From the NCBI GenBank assembly GCA_037446395.1, contig JBBIIP010000008.1, positions 7,246 to 71,245 on the forward strand: a stretch of 64,000 nt of DNA, given 5' to 3'. The DNA is from Lentimicrobiaceae bacterium. GTDB taxonomy: Bacteria > Bacteroidota > Bacteroidia > Bacteroidales > JAAYJT01. Each line of letters starts with the position of its first letter. Position 1 is the first letter of the stretch. Both the position numbers and the translations under genes were made by a program. The notes beneath the pieces are model-generated. The model did not search any database. It was given only the letters and a program-made list of their open reading frames with translations, and was not told where the DNA came from. Of this stretch, positions 7,694 through 17,994 are shown in pieces.

Positions 7694-9934
7694 ATGCAAA
7701 TATCTGAAATTGAAGCCACATATTCAAAAATCAACGACCTGCTTTCGTCCAGGCGGATTGTAGAGGCCCTGGGTCTGCTCTTCGGCTCATTGCAGCGATT
7801 TGATTTGACTGAGCACCTGGCATCTCTTGAGAACTTGGAGCTGACCTATCATAATTTGTTGAAATATACTGTGCTTATGGGCATAAAGGATTCCCAGCGG
7901 CAACAAATTCAAGATACGCTGGTGCGCGATTTATTTGAAATCTCTGACCATCTCAGGCATAAGATCTTTCTTCAAGGCACCTATCATTTGAAATTCGAAG
8001 GTTTAATTGAGCACGATCTTAGGATGAAACAACCGGGTGAAGAAATTGAAGAGCATATTTCCAACCTGTTGCTTCAATCCAAACTTGACAACATCATGCA
8101 GGATGTTGATAAATCAGCCAATCAGAATAAACCTTCTGGCTATCGGGCCCGGCAGCAGCTCATAGCGAAACTTTTTGGAATGTTGTATGCATCGCACAAG
8201 CTTTCGAATGAGGCAAGTAAAATGGTGAACAAGCTGGTGCAGACAGAAAATATTTCCTGGCACGAAAAAAGCGTAATCATTAGTGCGATCACGTTGGGTT
8301 TGACAAAAGGGTTTGATGTCGGGAAGTTTGATATTCTTTTCGACACTTATCTCATGGATGAATATCAGGTTTCACAGCGAGCATTTGCAGGGCTGATAAT
8401 AGCGCTTTATCAATACGACAATCGCATTCCTTTTTATTCCCAAATCGAAAACCGACTCAAGGCCATGCAAGGCGATGAAAATATGGAGCGCGACTTAAGG
8501 ATGGTGCTCATGCAAATGACTAAAGCCAAAGATACCGATAAGGTATCCAGGAAATTTCGTGACGAAATCATGCCTGAAATTATTAAGCAGGCTCCAAAAA
8601 TTGAGGACAAACTCGGTTTGTTCCAGATTCTGCCTGATGACCTTGAAGGGGAAAAAAATCCAAAATGGCAATCGCTTTTCGAAGACTCGCCTGATCTGAT
8701 CAGCCGGATGGAGGAGATTACACGAATGCAGGTCGAGGGCATGGATGTATTTATCAACACGTTTGCAAACCTAAAACACTATCCTTTTTTCCGACAATTG
8801 CATCATTGGTTTTTGCCATTCTTCAAAGAGCATCCAGAAATTTCAGGGGCAATTTTCGGCGAGGATAAAAGCTCAGGTGAGATATTCGTTGATGGACTTG
8901 AAAAGACGAACTATATCTGTAATTCCGATAAATATTCATTTTGCTTTAGTGTGCAACACCTCCCGCAAACCCAAAAAGAAACACTCATACAGATGTTTGC
9001 AGCAGAAGTGGAGGGAATGAATGAGATGGCCAGCGAAGAAAAAATATTGAATACCGATGGCCAGACAAACAGCATTTATACTCAATATATCCAGGATTTG
9101 TACAGGTTTTTTAAACTACACCCTCTAAAGGATGATTTTATTGATGTTTTTAGTCTGAAATGCGATTTTCATAATAAGAATTTTTTCGGTCTGATGGCCG
9201 GCAGCGAGAGTACTTTGCGGGCAATCGGAGATTTTTATTTCGACCGTGATCATTTCGAATATGCGCTTGATGTGTATGAAAAACTTCTTGGGTTTGATAC
9301 GGGCAAAGCCGAACTGTTTGAGAAAATAGCCTATTCGCATGAAAGGTTGGGTGCATTCAGCAAGGCGTTGATTTATTATAGCCAGGCCGAATTATATGAT
9401 TCGAATCGGGCTTGGAATTTGCAACGCATGGCTATTTGTCATCAAAAAATCGGCGACCATGAAAAGGCTTTGAACTGCTATCAGGAAATTGACCTGCTGG
9501 AACCCAACAACGCGCAGACCCAGATACGCATAGGAAATTGCTTTCTGAGTCTCAAAAAATACGATCAGGCATTGAATGCATATTATAAGGTTGAGTTATC
9601 GGATGCAGCCAATAAAAAAATACTGCCACCCATCGGTTGGTGTCTCTTTGCGATAGGAAAGCCGCAGGAAGCAAGACCCTATTACGAAAAAATCATTTCG
9701 TCTGGTGCAAATCGCTATGATTATATGAATATGGGTCATGTATATTATTGTTTAGGAATGCGAAACCAAGCCATCGAAAGCTACTTAGCCTCAATCAACC
9801 AAAAAGACAATTCACCCGAGTTGTTTATTGCAAGTTTTCAGGAAGACTTACCTTATCTGGGAAAAAATGGGGTTGATTTGTCTGAAATTCCATTGCTGAT
9901 AGACTACATAGTTATTAACAGAAACAAGCCTTAA
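7694..9934 (+). CDS. TPR-repeat protein of unknown function
   Basis: 746 aa. The C-terminal ~250 aa are TPR repeats (AIGDFYFDRDHFEYALDVYEKLL, ALNCYQEIDLLEPNNAQ). The N-terminal ~500 aa are unassigned. No signal peptide. Confidence 0.75.
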   Translation: MQISEIEATYSKINDLLSSRRIVEALGLLFGSLQRFDLTEHLASLENLELTYHNLLKYTVLMGIKDSQRQQIQDTLVRDLFEISDHLRHKIFLQGTYHLKFEGLIEHDLRMKQPGEEIEEHISNLLLQSKLDNIMQDVDKSANQNKPSGYRARQQLIAKLFGMLYASHKLSNEASKMVNKLVQTENISWHEKSVIISAITLGLTKGFDVGKFDILFDTYLMDEYQVSQRAFAGLIIALYQYDNRIPFYSQIENRLKAMQGDENMERDLRMVLMQMTKAKDTDKVSRKFRDEIMPEIIKQAPKIEDKLGLFQILPDDLEGEKNPKWQSLFEDSPDLISRMEEITRMQVEGMDVFINTFANLKHYPFFRQLHHWFLPFFKEHPEISGAIFGEDKSSGEIFVDGLEKTNYICNSDKYSFCFSVQHLPQTQKETLIQMFAAEVEGMNEMASEEKILNTDGQTNSIYTQYIQDLYRFFKLHPLKDDFIDVFSLKCDFHNKNFFGLMAGSESTLRAIGDFYFDRDHFEYALDVYEKLLGFDTGKAELFEKIAYSHERLGAFSKALIYYSQAELYDSNRAWNLQRMAICHQKIGDHEKALNCYQEIDLLEPNNAQTQIRIGNCFLSLKKYDQALNAYYKVELSDAANKKILPPIGWCLFAIGKPQEARPYYEKIISSGANRYDYMNMGHVYYCLGMRNQAIESYLASINQKDNSPELFIASFQEDLPYLGKNGVDLSEIPLLIDYIVINRNKP

Positions 9935-10009
9935 TGCTTTTTTCTTTTAACAGGGATCCTTGCTTAAGAAATAATTCACCTTGAGCTAAATATCTTCATC
10001 TTTTTGTCG

Positions 10010-10017
10010 TATATTTG
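10010..10017 (+). promoter_or_regulatory. -7 box upstream of hypothetical gene 10066
   Basis: TATATTTG ~50 nt upstream of the ATG. Confidence 0.4.
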
Positions 10018-10065
10018 GTATTACTTTAAAATAAGATTTTAATCTATTCTTAAAAGTATGCATCC

Positions 10066-10776
10066 ATGACTGAGTCCATTACAATCGAACGCTATGGTGG
10101 CCACCTCAAGGAAGAGCCGCTGACATGCCTTGAAGACGAGATAATTGCTCCAAACACCTGTGTATTGGAAGCAAATGCTCCATTTTTTGGATATTATAGC
10201 GAGATGCCAGCTATCGCCAGGCCACAATATTTATATTGCGCCCTGAGTGGGCGTCAATCTTTCGAATCTATTGCCAGGGCCACACAAAATGTGAGAAAAA
10301 AGTTTCAAAAGAACTTTGATGCAGCCGAAGGTGAGATAACCTTTTTTGGGGAAACTTGCCAGGTTATCCGCATTCGCAACCTTCATAAGTACAGTGATAT
10401 CAGGACACTACAAAATCTCTATCTCGAAGAAGGAATTTTGCTTCGAAAAAAGACACGAAAGGTAAAGAATGCAATGGCCATGATTCGGTTGCGCAAGTTC
10501 TTTAATCTTCGACCAATCGGACAGAACCTGTATTTCGATAGTGTTCAGGAGCACCATGCCTATTTTAGCATCCCACATCAAATTGACTGGAGCTACTTCA
10601 AAGAAATCACGACAGAAGTGAAATATAACCCTGCTTTTTTTCATTTCGATGGTGCAATTTGCTTTATCTACGAGCAGGGCGAAGTTAAAGATATGATAAG
10701 GATATATCGTGAATATATTACAGCCGAAGAACTTAAGGCTATCCGTGACAAATATTACAAAGTGATGAAACTTTAG
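10066..10776 (+). CDS. hypothetical protein
   Basis: 236-aa ORF with no signal peptide and no recognised motif. TATATTTG -7 box ~50 nt upstream. Ends 11-14 nt before the TrmH-like gene. Confidence 0.6.
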   Translation: MTESITIERYGGHLKEEPLTCLEDEIIAPNTCVLEANAPFFGYYSEMPAIARPQYLYCALSGRQSFESIARATQNVRKKFQKNFDAAEGEITFFGETCQVIRIRNLHKYSDIRTLQNLYLEEGILLRKKTRKVKNAMAMIRLRKFFNLRPIGQNLYFDSVQEHHAYFSIPHQIDWSYFKEITTEVKYNPAFFHFDGAICFIYEQGEVKDMIRIYREYITAEELKAIRDKYYKVMKL

Positions 10777-10790
10777 AGAAATAAGCGGTG

Positions 10791-11348
10791 ATGATACGCA
10801 AGCTTACGCTATCAGAGTTGGGGCGAATGAGCCCTGAAGCATATAAGCACTCGAAAAAATTACCTTTGGTTATTGTACTCGACAACCTTCGAAGCCAGCA
10901 TAATATTGGCTCATTGTTTCGAACAGCTGATGCATTCAGGCTTGAAAGCATCAGTTTGTGCGGTATTACTGCAAAACCACCCCAACGCGAAATCCAAAAA
11001 ACTGCCTTAGGGGCAACTGAATCTGTTGATTGGAACTATTTTCCAACTACCCAACAAGCCATCAGACAGCTCAGAGAAAAAAATTATTTTATCATCGCCG
11101 TTGAACAAACCGAGGGAAGCATCTCGCTTAAGTCATTCAATATACTTGAAAATCGGGGCATTGGGTTGATTTTTGGTAACGAGGTATCTGGGGTCGCCCA
11201 GGAAATTATTAACAGCGTTGATGCCTGCGTAGAGGTACCACAATTTGGAACTAAACATTCAATGAATGTCTCTGTGAGTGCAGGCATCGTTATCTGGGAT
11301 TTTTTTAATAAGATGATCTCTGTGAATCCCAACCTTCTAAAGGAATAA
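10791..11348 (+). CDS. SpoU/TrmH family RNA 2'-O-methyltransferase
   Basis: Motifs NIGSLFRTADAF, LIFGNEVSGV and MNVSVSAGIVIWD. ATG 10791 preferred over the adjacent GTG 10788. Confidence 0.9.
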   Translation: MIRKLTLSELGRMSPEAYKHSKKLPLVIVLDNLRSQHNIGSLFRTADAFRLESISLCGITAKPPQREIQKTALGATESVDWNYFPTTQQAIRQLREKNYFIIAVEQTEGSISLKSFNILENRGIGLIFGNEVSGVAQEIINSVDACVEVPQFGTKHSMNVSVSAGIVIWDFFNKMISVNPNLLKE

Positions 11349-11487
11349 ACAAATGTAAATTCATATAGATGAGTACCGGCATTGGTAATTTTGAATCTTT
11401 TAAAAGGTGCGAGAAAATATCTTTTCAAATTTCAGAAAAAAAAAAGGCATATCGCCTCGCAGGCATTGTATTGTATCAATTTGTTAT

Positions 11488-11495
11488 TATATTTG
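11488..11495 (+). promoter_or_regulatory. -7 box upstream of the 818-aa OM protein gene
   Basis: TATATTTG ~47 nt upstream of the ATG. Confidence 0.4.
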
Positions 11496-11541
11496 CACTG
11501 TCTAAAAATAGTACACGGTTACTAATTAATACAAAATCAAT

Positions 11542-13998
11542 ATGAAAACCACTTACAACGTAATGAAAAGACTAACCCTCCTGATGATGGTTGCACTTTT
11601 TTCAGTTTTTGTTTTTGCACAAGAGCAACCAAAAGTCTCAAAATCCCTTTTCACTCCTCATTGGTATCTGGGAGCCGGAATAGGATTTAGCCAGTATTTT
11701 GGCGATGTGAACAAAAGCAGCCTTATTCAAAATCCATCGCACTGGCGAGAAGCAGGGAATGTGATGTTTGGCCGCCAGTTTTCGCCTCTGTTTGGTTTGC
11801 GTGGTCAGTTTCAATATGCCGGATTATTTGGCGAAGACAAAGACGGAGTGAAGCAATATACCCGTGGTGAACTATTTGATTTCAATCTTAACGGCACGTT
11901 AAGTTTTCTGAATCTTGCAAAGCGCGACCCGGACAGAAAATTTGACATTTATGGTATTGCTGGTATTGGGCAAGCGCATACACGTTCACGACTGAGAACA
12001 AGCCCCGCACCAAATGGGGCCTTGGTTGCCAAATACGGCTATGATGGTAAGGGCATTGACCAAAGGGCCACCTCGTTGGTTATCCCTGTTGGAATTGGAG
12101 CGAAGTATTCGCTCACAAAGAAATTGGAAGTGAACCTCGAAAGCACTGCTCGAATCACAAATACTGATGAATTAGATGCAAAGATTGTTGCCAGCTCATC
12201 TAAAGACCTATATGCACCAACCACAATCGGGCTTATTTATAAATTCAGCCCAGGTGTAGATCTGAGCAAAATGGTACGAGACTTCGACAAGATAACCTAT
12301 ACTGTTACTCCAGAAGTACTCCAGAATGATTGCGGCTCTGTGAAGGTAAATATTGTTGGCAAAGTTCCACCTGAATATTTCCATAAAAAAGCAGCCATAA
12401 CCTACGAACCTGTTCTTAAGTATGCCACTGGCGAAACCCGACTTAAACCCATTACCCTCATTGGGGAAGATATTGTCGGAGACGGAGTAAAAATTAATTA
12501 TTTAAAAGGTGGCACATTTAACTATTCGACTGTGATCCCCTACAAACCAGAAATGGCCTATTCCGACCTTGTGGCCGATCCTTTGATCTATGCCCCCAAA
12601 AGTCCGGTGGTAGAAGGTGCAACGCGTGCAAGTGTAATTGCCACTCAAAAATATTATGAAGTTCCACAGGTATTTTTTGCGCCCGGAGTAATTAATGTTG
12701 GAAGCAGCCTGACCGACTTAGTGCACGACGAAACAGTGCTCACAGCCCCACATGGCTACGAAAAAGTGACCATTCTCACCAAAGAAGCAACAATATACTT
12801 TAAAGTTGATATGCACAATCTCAATTGGAGCCTGCCGTTGAACAAAAGCACAGATGCCAAGAATAAACTAAAAGATCTTGAAAGTTTCCTGCGACTTGGA
12901 TATAAGCTTCGCGACATAAACATTTCTGCCTGGGCTTCTCCTGAAGGTGAAGAAAGCCGCAACCAGGGTTTATCAGAAAGACGCTCCCAAACCGGTTTGA
13001 AATATACAAAAGACCTGCTAAAAAAACTGGTTCGCGAAAAGAAGAGTATCCTAAAGATTGCAAATATTGATAAAGACATTACTTACAATGTTAAGGCTCT
13101 TGGCGAAGATTGGGATGGATTCGTGAAAGCAGTTCAAGCCTCCAATATCCGGGATAAAAACATCATTGCAAATGTTGTGAATTCGCAACCTGATCTTAAA
13201 AAACGCGAACTGGAAATCAGGAAGATGACCATTGTATACAAAGAAGTTGAAGAAAACATCCTTCCTCCACTTCGCAGGGTAGTGATCGCTGCCAATGCAT
13301 TTGAACCCAAGAAAACCGACAATGAAATTTCTTTGCTGGCAATCTCTTCGCCCGAGAAACTTACCGTGCAGGAATTGCTCTATGCTGCTAGCCTCACCGA
13401 TGACGTAAATGCAAAACTACGCATTTACGAATCGGCCATGAAACTCTATCCAGGCAGTTATGCTGCTTTCAACAATGCTGCTGCTCTTGAAATTCAGAAA
13501 GGTAACCTGACTAAAGCAGCCGATTACCTGAAGAAAGCTCAGGACATTAGCGCGGGCAAACCCGAAGCACTCAACAATCTCGGAGTGATAGAACTGAAAA
13601 ATGGTAATGTTGATAAGGCTGTAGCCTACTTTGCCGATGCCAAAAAAGCTGGTGCAAATGTTGATTACAACACGGGCCTCACTCAAATTGCCAAATGCGA
13701 CACAAAGGGTGCTGCAACAACGTTTGGCTCAACAACCTGCACTCACAATGTTGCCTTGGTGCAAATGCTCAATGGCAACCTCGCCGGAGCCAGCCAAAAT
13801 GTTAAATGTGCACCCGAAAGTGCCAAAACATCCTACCTCGCTGCAGTAATTGCTGCCCGCATGAACGACAGTCAGGGCGTGATAAGCAACCTCACGAAAG
13901 CCATTGGAGCCGATGCCTCACTCAAAGCAAAAGCAGCCAATGACAGGGAATTCAATAAATTTATCGAACTTCCAGCCTTCAAAGCACTCGTTAAATAG
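11542..13998 (+). CDS. outer-membrane beta-barrel / OmpA-like / TPR multidomain protein
   Basis: 818 aa. Signal peptide ends VFA|Q. The N-terminal ~220 aa look beta-barrel-like (ends IGLIYKF). Central OmpA-like signature WASPEGEESRNQGLSERR. C-terminal TPR-like repeats (AAFNNAAALEIQKGNLTKAADYLKKA). Confidence 0.7.
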   Translation: MKTTYNVMKRLTLLMMVALFSVFVFAQEQPKVSKSLFTPHWYLGAGIGFSQYFGDVNKSSLIQNPSHWREAGNVMFGRQFSPLFGLRGQFQYAGLFGEDKDGVKQYTRGELFDFNLNGTLSFLNLAKRDPDRKFDIYGIAGIGQAHTRSRLRTSPAPNGALVAKYGYDGKGIDQRATSLVIPVGIGAKYSLTKKLEVNLESTARITNTDELDAKIVASSSKDLYAPTTIGLIYKFSPGVDLSKMVRDFDKITYTVTPEVLQNDCGSVKVNIVGKVPPEYFHKKAAITYEPVLKYATGETRLKPITLIGEDIVGDGVKINYLKGGTFNYSTVIPYKPEMAYSDLVADPLIYAPKSPVVEGATRASVIATQKYYEVPQVFFAPGVINVGSSLTDLVHDETVLTAPHGYEKVTILTKEATIYFKVDMHNLNWSLPLNKSTDAKNKLKDLESFLRLGYKLRDINISAWASPEGEESRNQGLSERRSQTGLKYTKDLLKKLVREKKSILKIANIDKDITYNVKALGEDWDGFVKAVQASNIRDKNIIANVVNSQPDLKKRELEIRKMTIVYKEVEENILPPLRRVVIAANAFEPKKTDNEISLLAISSPEKLTVQELLYAASLTDDVNAKLRIYESAMKLYPGSYAAFNNAAALEIQKGNLTKAADYLKKAQDISAGKPEALNNLGVIELKNGNVDKAVAYFADAKKAGANVDYNTGLTQIAKCDTKGAATTFGSTTCTHNVALVQMLNGNLAGASQNVKCAPESAKTSYLAAVIAARMNDSQGVISNLTKAIGADASLKAKAANDREFNKFIELPAFKALVK

Positions 13999-14012
13999 AA
14001 ACATATCACCCC

Positions 14013-14054
14013 AAAAAAAGAGGTTGGAGCGCTGCTCCAACCTCTTTTTTTTTT
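14013..14054. terminator. bidirectional intrinsic terminator between convergent genes
   Basis: A7 - GAGGTTGGAGC gct GCTCCAACCTC - T10. Perfect 11-bp stem flanked by an A-run and a T-run. Confidence 0.88.
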
Positions 14055-14062
14055 ACTGACTA

Positions 14063-15442
14063 TCATGTGCCGGGCTTCATCAGCTCTACATAATATTTGT
14101 AGAACCACGGGATCGTTTCGATACCTTTATAGTAATTATATAATAAGTAGTTCTCGTTGGGCGAGTGAATAGCATCCGACTCAAGCCCCCATCCCATAAG
14201 AATTGATTTAACCCCAAGCACTTGTTCAAAGGTGCTGATGATCGGAATGCTTCCCCCGCTTCGCACCGGGATAGGCCTTTTTCCATAGGTTGTTTCCAAT
14301 GCTTTGCTTGCAGCCTGGTATGCCGTGATGTTTGTTGGAGAAACGTATCCTTGCCCTCCATGCAAAACTTCAACTTTCACCGAAACATAGGGTGGTGCAA
14401 TTGAAATAAAATGCTTTTTAAATAATTCGCCAATCTTCTTATGGTCCTGGTTAGGAACCAGACGCATACTGATCTTTGCAGTTGCTTTTGACGGCAATAC
14501 TGTTTTTGCCCCTTCACCTGTATATCCACTCCAGATTCCGTTGACATCAAGTGCGGGCCTGATACCTGTGCGTTCATTTGTTGTAAATCCTTTTTCACCC
14601 CACACTTCTTCTATTTTAAGACCTTTTTTATACCCTTCGAGATTGAAGGGCGCTTTCGCCATTTCATTTCTTTCTTCCTCGCTTATGACAAGCACATCGT
14701 CATAAAAGCCTGGGATTGTGATTTGGTTGTCTTGGTCATGAAGTGATGCGATCATCTTGGCAAGGATATTTGCCGGGTTGGCAACTGCTCCACCGAAAAG
14801 TCCGGAATGCAGATCATGGCCAGGCCCAGTTACCTCCACCTGCACATAAGTCAGACCTCTTAATCCGACGGTGATTGAAGGAATATCCTTTGCTATCATG
14901 CTGGTGTCGGACACAAGAATGACATCAGACTTCAGCATTTCTTTATTTTCCAGGCAAAATTTTCCCAAATTTGGCGAACCAATTTCCTCTTCTCCCTCTA
15001 TCATAAATTTAACATTACAAGGAAGTGAATCGGTTTTAACCATGGCTTCAAACGCTTTTGCGTGCATAAACCCCTGACCTTTGTCGTCGTTTGCTCCACG
15101 GCCATAAATTTTCCCATCTCTGATCTCTGGCTCAAATGGCGGGCTTATCCATTGATCAACCGGGTCGACAGGCATCACATCATAATGGGCATACACCAGA
15201 ACAGTGGGCAAAGATGGATTCATCATTTTTTCTCCATATACCACCGGGTTACCCGGAGTTGCGAGAATCTCTGCCTTGTCGGCTCCGGCGCTGAGAAGTG
15301 CAGTTTTCCAGTATTCTGCCGCTCTATACATGTCTGGTTTATGATCAGAAACTGAGCTCACAGAAGGGATTTTGATCAGCTCGAATAATTCTTCTAAAAA
15401 TTTTTCCTTGTTTTTTTCAATATACGCATTAATTTTATCCAT
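14063..15442 (-). CDS. M20 family dipeptidase
   Basis: 459 aa with M20 motifs (YAHYDVMPVDP, GRGANDDKGQ, IEGEEEIGSP). Confidence 0.9.
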   Translation of the reverse strand: MDKINAYIEKNKEKFLEELFELIKIPSVSSVSDHKPDMYRAAEYWKTALLSAGADKAEILATPGNPVVYGEKMMNPSLPTVLVYAHYDVMPVDPVDQWISPPFEPEIRDGKIYGRGANDDKGQGFMHAKAFEAMVKTDSLPCNVKFMIEGEEEIGSPNLGKFCLENKEMLKSDVILVSDTSMIAKDIPSITVGLRGLTYVQVEVTGPGHDLHSGLFGGAVANPANILAKMIASLHDQDNQITIPGFYDDVLVISEEERNEMAKAPFNLEGYKKGLKIEEVWGEKGFTTNERTGIRPALDVNGIWSGYTGEGAKTVLPSKATAKISMRLVPNQDHKKIGELFKKHFISIAPPYVSVKVEVLHGGQGYVSPTNITAYQAASKALETTYGKRPIPVRSGGSIPIISTFEQVLGVKSILMGWGLESDAIHSPNENYLLYNYYKGIETIPWFYKYYVELMKPGT

Positions 15443-15486
15443 CGTGGAAAATTGTTTGTTAATAAGTGACCAAATAGTTTAGATGT

Positions 15487-15494
15487 CAAAAATA
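15487..15494 (-). promoter_or_regulatory. -7 box (minus strand) upstream of the M20 dipeptidase gene
   Basis: CAAAAATA on the plus strand equals TATTTTTG on the minus strand, ~45 nt upstream of the ATG at 15442. Confidence 0.35.
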
Positions 15495-15532
15495 AGCATT
15501 CTTTTGATATTCTGAGACCTCTGGCAAATTGT

Positions 15533-15540
15533 TACTTTTG
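15533..15540 (+). promoter_or_regulatory. -7 box upstream of gap
   Basis: TACTTTTG inside TTACTTTTGCC, ~52 nt upstream of the ATG. Confidence 0.45.
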
Positions 15541-15591
15541 CCTGAAAATCAACTGGCCTATTTAACCAAGCTTTCTTGAACCCTACAAATT

Positions 15592-16602
15592 ATGCCAAAA
15601 ATTAGAGTTGCAATTAATGGATTCGGACGGATCGGAAGAGTTACCTGTCGCGCCTTGCTCGGGAACAGGAACATAAAACTCGTCGCTGTGAACGACCTGG
15701 CAGATGCAGCAAACCTGGCGCATATGCTAAAATATGACTCATTTCATGGGCTGTTTCCGGCAGCTGTATCGGCTGAAGCCGCATTTCTATTTATCGCTGG
15801 TGAGAAAATACATGTGTTCAACAACCCTGAAATCGGTTCGATTAATTGGGGCGACATGGGAATTGATGTTGTCATTGAATCCACAGGCATATACGCGAGT
15901 AAGGCAAGCGCAATGAAGCATATTGAGGCAGGTGCGCGCAAGGTAATCATTTCGGCTCCTGCCAAAAATGAGTCTGACGATGTTAAACACATTGTTCTTG
16001 GCATAAATGATCATATGATACAGCCAGGCGATCAAGTCATTTCCAACGCCTCATGCACCACGAATTGTGTTGCTCCGCTTATACAAATTATTGATGAAAA
16101 CTGGCACATCGAGGAAGGATTTATAACCACGGTCCATAGCTACACCCGCGATCAAAACCTGATTGACGCCCCTCACAAAGATTGGCGAAGGGGGAGAGCT
16201 GCTGCCTGCTCGATCATCCCAACAACTACGGGGGCCGCAAAAGCTGCTACAAAAATATTCCCACACCTGAAGAATAAACTAGGCGGGGCTGGAATCAGGG
16301 TGCCCGTGCCAAACGGTTCGTTAACCGATTTCACTTGCACCGTTCGTAAGCCGACCAGTACCCATGCCATCAATGAAGCATTTAAGAAAGCCGCCAACGG
16401 GCATCTGAAGGGAATTCTCCAATATACCGAAGACCCGATAGTTTCAGTTGACATCATCGGCAACACACATTCTGCAATATTTGACGCAGGGCTAACGGCA
16501 GTTCTTGGCGACAAAAACAGGCTCATAAAAGTCGTAGCCTGGTACGACAACGAGGTGGGTTATGCCAACCGCCTGATCGAATTGATTGATAAGTTTGGAT
16601 GA
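15592..16602 (+). CDS. gap: glyceraldehyde-3-phosphate dehydrogenase
   Basis: 336 aa with INGFGRIGR and active-site SNASCTTNC. Confidence 0.96.
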   Translation: MPKIRVAINGFGRIGRVTCRALLGNRNIKLVAVNDLADAANLAHMLKYDSFHGLFPAAVSAEAAFLFIAGEKIHVFNNPEIGSINWGDMGIDVVIESTGIYASKASAMKHIEAGARKVIISAPAKNESDDVKHIVLGINDHMIQPGDQVISNASCTTNCVAPLIQIIDENWHIEEGFITTVHSYTRDQNLIDAPHKDWRRGRAAACSIIPTTTGAAKAATKIFPHLKNKLGGAGIRVPVPNGSLTDFTCTVRKPTSTHAINEAFKKAANGHLKGILQYTEDPIVSVDIIGNTHSAIFDAGLTAVLGDKNRLIKVVAWYDNEVGYANRLIELIDKFG

Positions 16603-16661
16603 CAAGGTTTCTTCGTGTGTTTTTTTGATGGCGCTTATGTTAAATCAACCTGCATTTAGGC

Positions 16662-16669
16662 TAATTTTG
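16662..16669 (+). promoter_or_regulatory. -7 box upstream of the sigma-54 activator gene
   Basis: TAATTTTG ~71 nt upstream of the ATG. Confidence 0.4.
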
Positions 16670-16739
16670 CCACACAATAATCTGCCTTTTAGGCAAATAA
16701 ATAAATTGGCTTTTCAAAAAAACGGTTATTACACAACAA

Positions 16740-17969
16740 ATGGATATAATATCAATAAAACAGCGGTTTGGCATTATAGGTAGTTCACCTGCACTTGATC
16801 GGGCAATTGATATTGCCCGCCAGGTTGCCCCGACAGAAATAACTGTACTGATCACCGGTGAAAGTGGTGTTGGCAAGGAAGCTTTTCCCAAAATAATTCA
16901 TCAACTTAGCCCACGCAAACATGGGCCATATATTGCCGTTAACTGCGGAGCCATCCCCGAAGGCACGATTGACTCGGAATTATTTGGACATGAAAAAGGC
17001 TCTTTTACTGGAGCTCACGAAGCCCGCAAAGGTTACTTTGAGGTGGTGAATGGCGGAACAATCTTTCTTGACGAAGTGGCCGAACTTCCACTTTCGACAC
17101 AGGTGCGTCTGCTCAGGATTTTGGAGAGCGGGGAATTTATCAAGGTGGGATCTTCCAAGGTGCTCAAAAGTGATGTGCGGGTTGTGGCCGCCACCAATGT
17201 AGATTTAACCGACTATATTCAAAAAGGTAAGTTTCGTCAGGATTTATTTTACCGTTTAAACTCGGTTCCTATTTTTATTCCGCCATTGCGCGACCGCAAA
17301 GAAGATATCCTGCTGTTATTCAGAAAATTTTCCAGTGATTTTGCTGAAAAGTATCATATGCCTATTATCGAGTTGAATGAAGAGTGCCAGCGGATCCTGC
17401 TCGCCTATCGTTGGTATGGAAACATCAGGCAACTCAAAAATATAGCCGAGCAAATTTCTATAATCGAAGAAAATCGAAAAATTGATGCCCAGACCTTGCT
17501 CAAATATCTTCCTGAAGGACAACATCGTGATTTGCCTATGTTGATATCAAAGGAAACCACCCAAAGCGAGTTTTCTGAAAGAGAACTATTATATAAGGTG
17601 TTGTTTGATATGCGTAAAGACATCAACGAACTGAAAAGACTTGTTTTTAATGTGATCCAGGATCCGGTTTCTGCTGACTCCTGGGCTGAAGACAAATCAC
17701 CATTCTTTAATCAAATGCATCAGGAGGCCTCTTCAGATCCACCTGTTGTTGGAAGAGTATCTATCCAAAACGCGTTTAAGGTGCACGAAGAACCAGTGCA
17801 GGATTCAGAAGTGCTCGAAGAATCGTTTTCCCTGGAAAAACGAGAATTAGAATACATACGCAAAGCACTTGAAAAGCATGACGGCAAGCGCAAAAGTGCA
17901 GCCGCAGAACTTGGGATATCCGAAAGAACTCTCTACAGAAAGATTAAAGAATATGGTATTGATTTGTAA
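16740..17969 (+). CDS. sigma-54-dependent transcriptional activator lacking a sensory/receiver domain
   Basis: 409 aa. Begins directly with the AAA+ sigma-54 interaction domain (Walker [15 protein letters not shown] loop, Walker B IFLDEV). A long linker follows, then a C-terminal Fis-type HTH ([21 protein letters not shown]). Confidence 0.92.
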   Translation: MDIISIKQRFGIIGSSPALDRAIDIARQVAPTEITVLITGESGVGKEAFPKIIHQLSPRKHGPYIAVNCGAIPEGTIDSELFGHEKGSFTGAHEARKGYFEVVNGGTIFLDEVAELPLSTQVRLLRILESGEFIKVGSSKVLKSDVRVVAATNVDLTDYIQKGKFRQDLFYRLNSVPIFIPPLRDRKEDILLLFRKFSSDFAEKYHMPIIELNEECQRILLAYRWYGNIRQLKNIAEQISIIEENRKIDAQTLLKYLPEGQHRDLPMLISKETTQSEFSERELLYKVLFDMRKDINELKRLVFNVIQDPVSADSWAEDKSPFFNQMHQEASSDPPVVGRVSIQNAFKVHEEPVQDSEVLEESFSLEKRELEYIRKALEKHDGKRKSAAAELGISERTLYRKIKEYGIDL

Positions 17970-17994
17970 TATCAGAACATATAGTCGTTTGATT

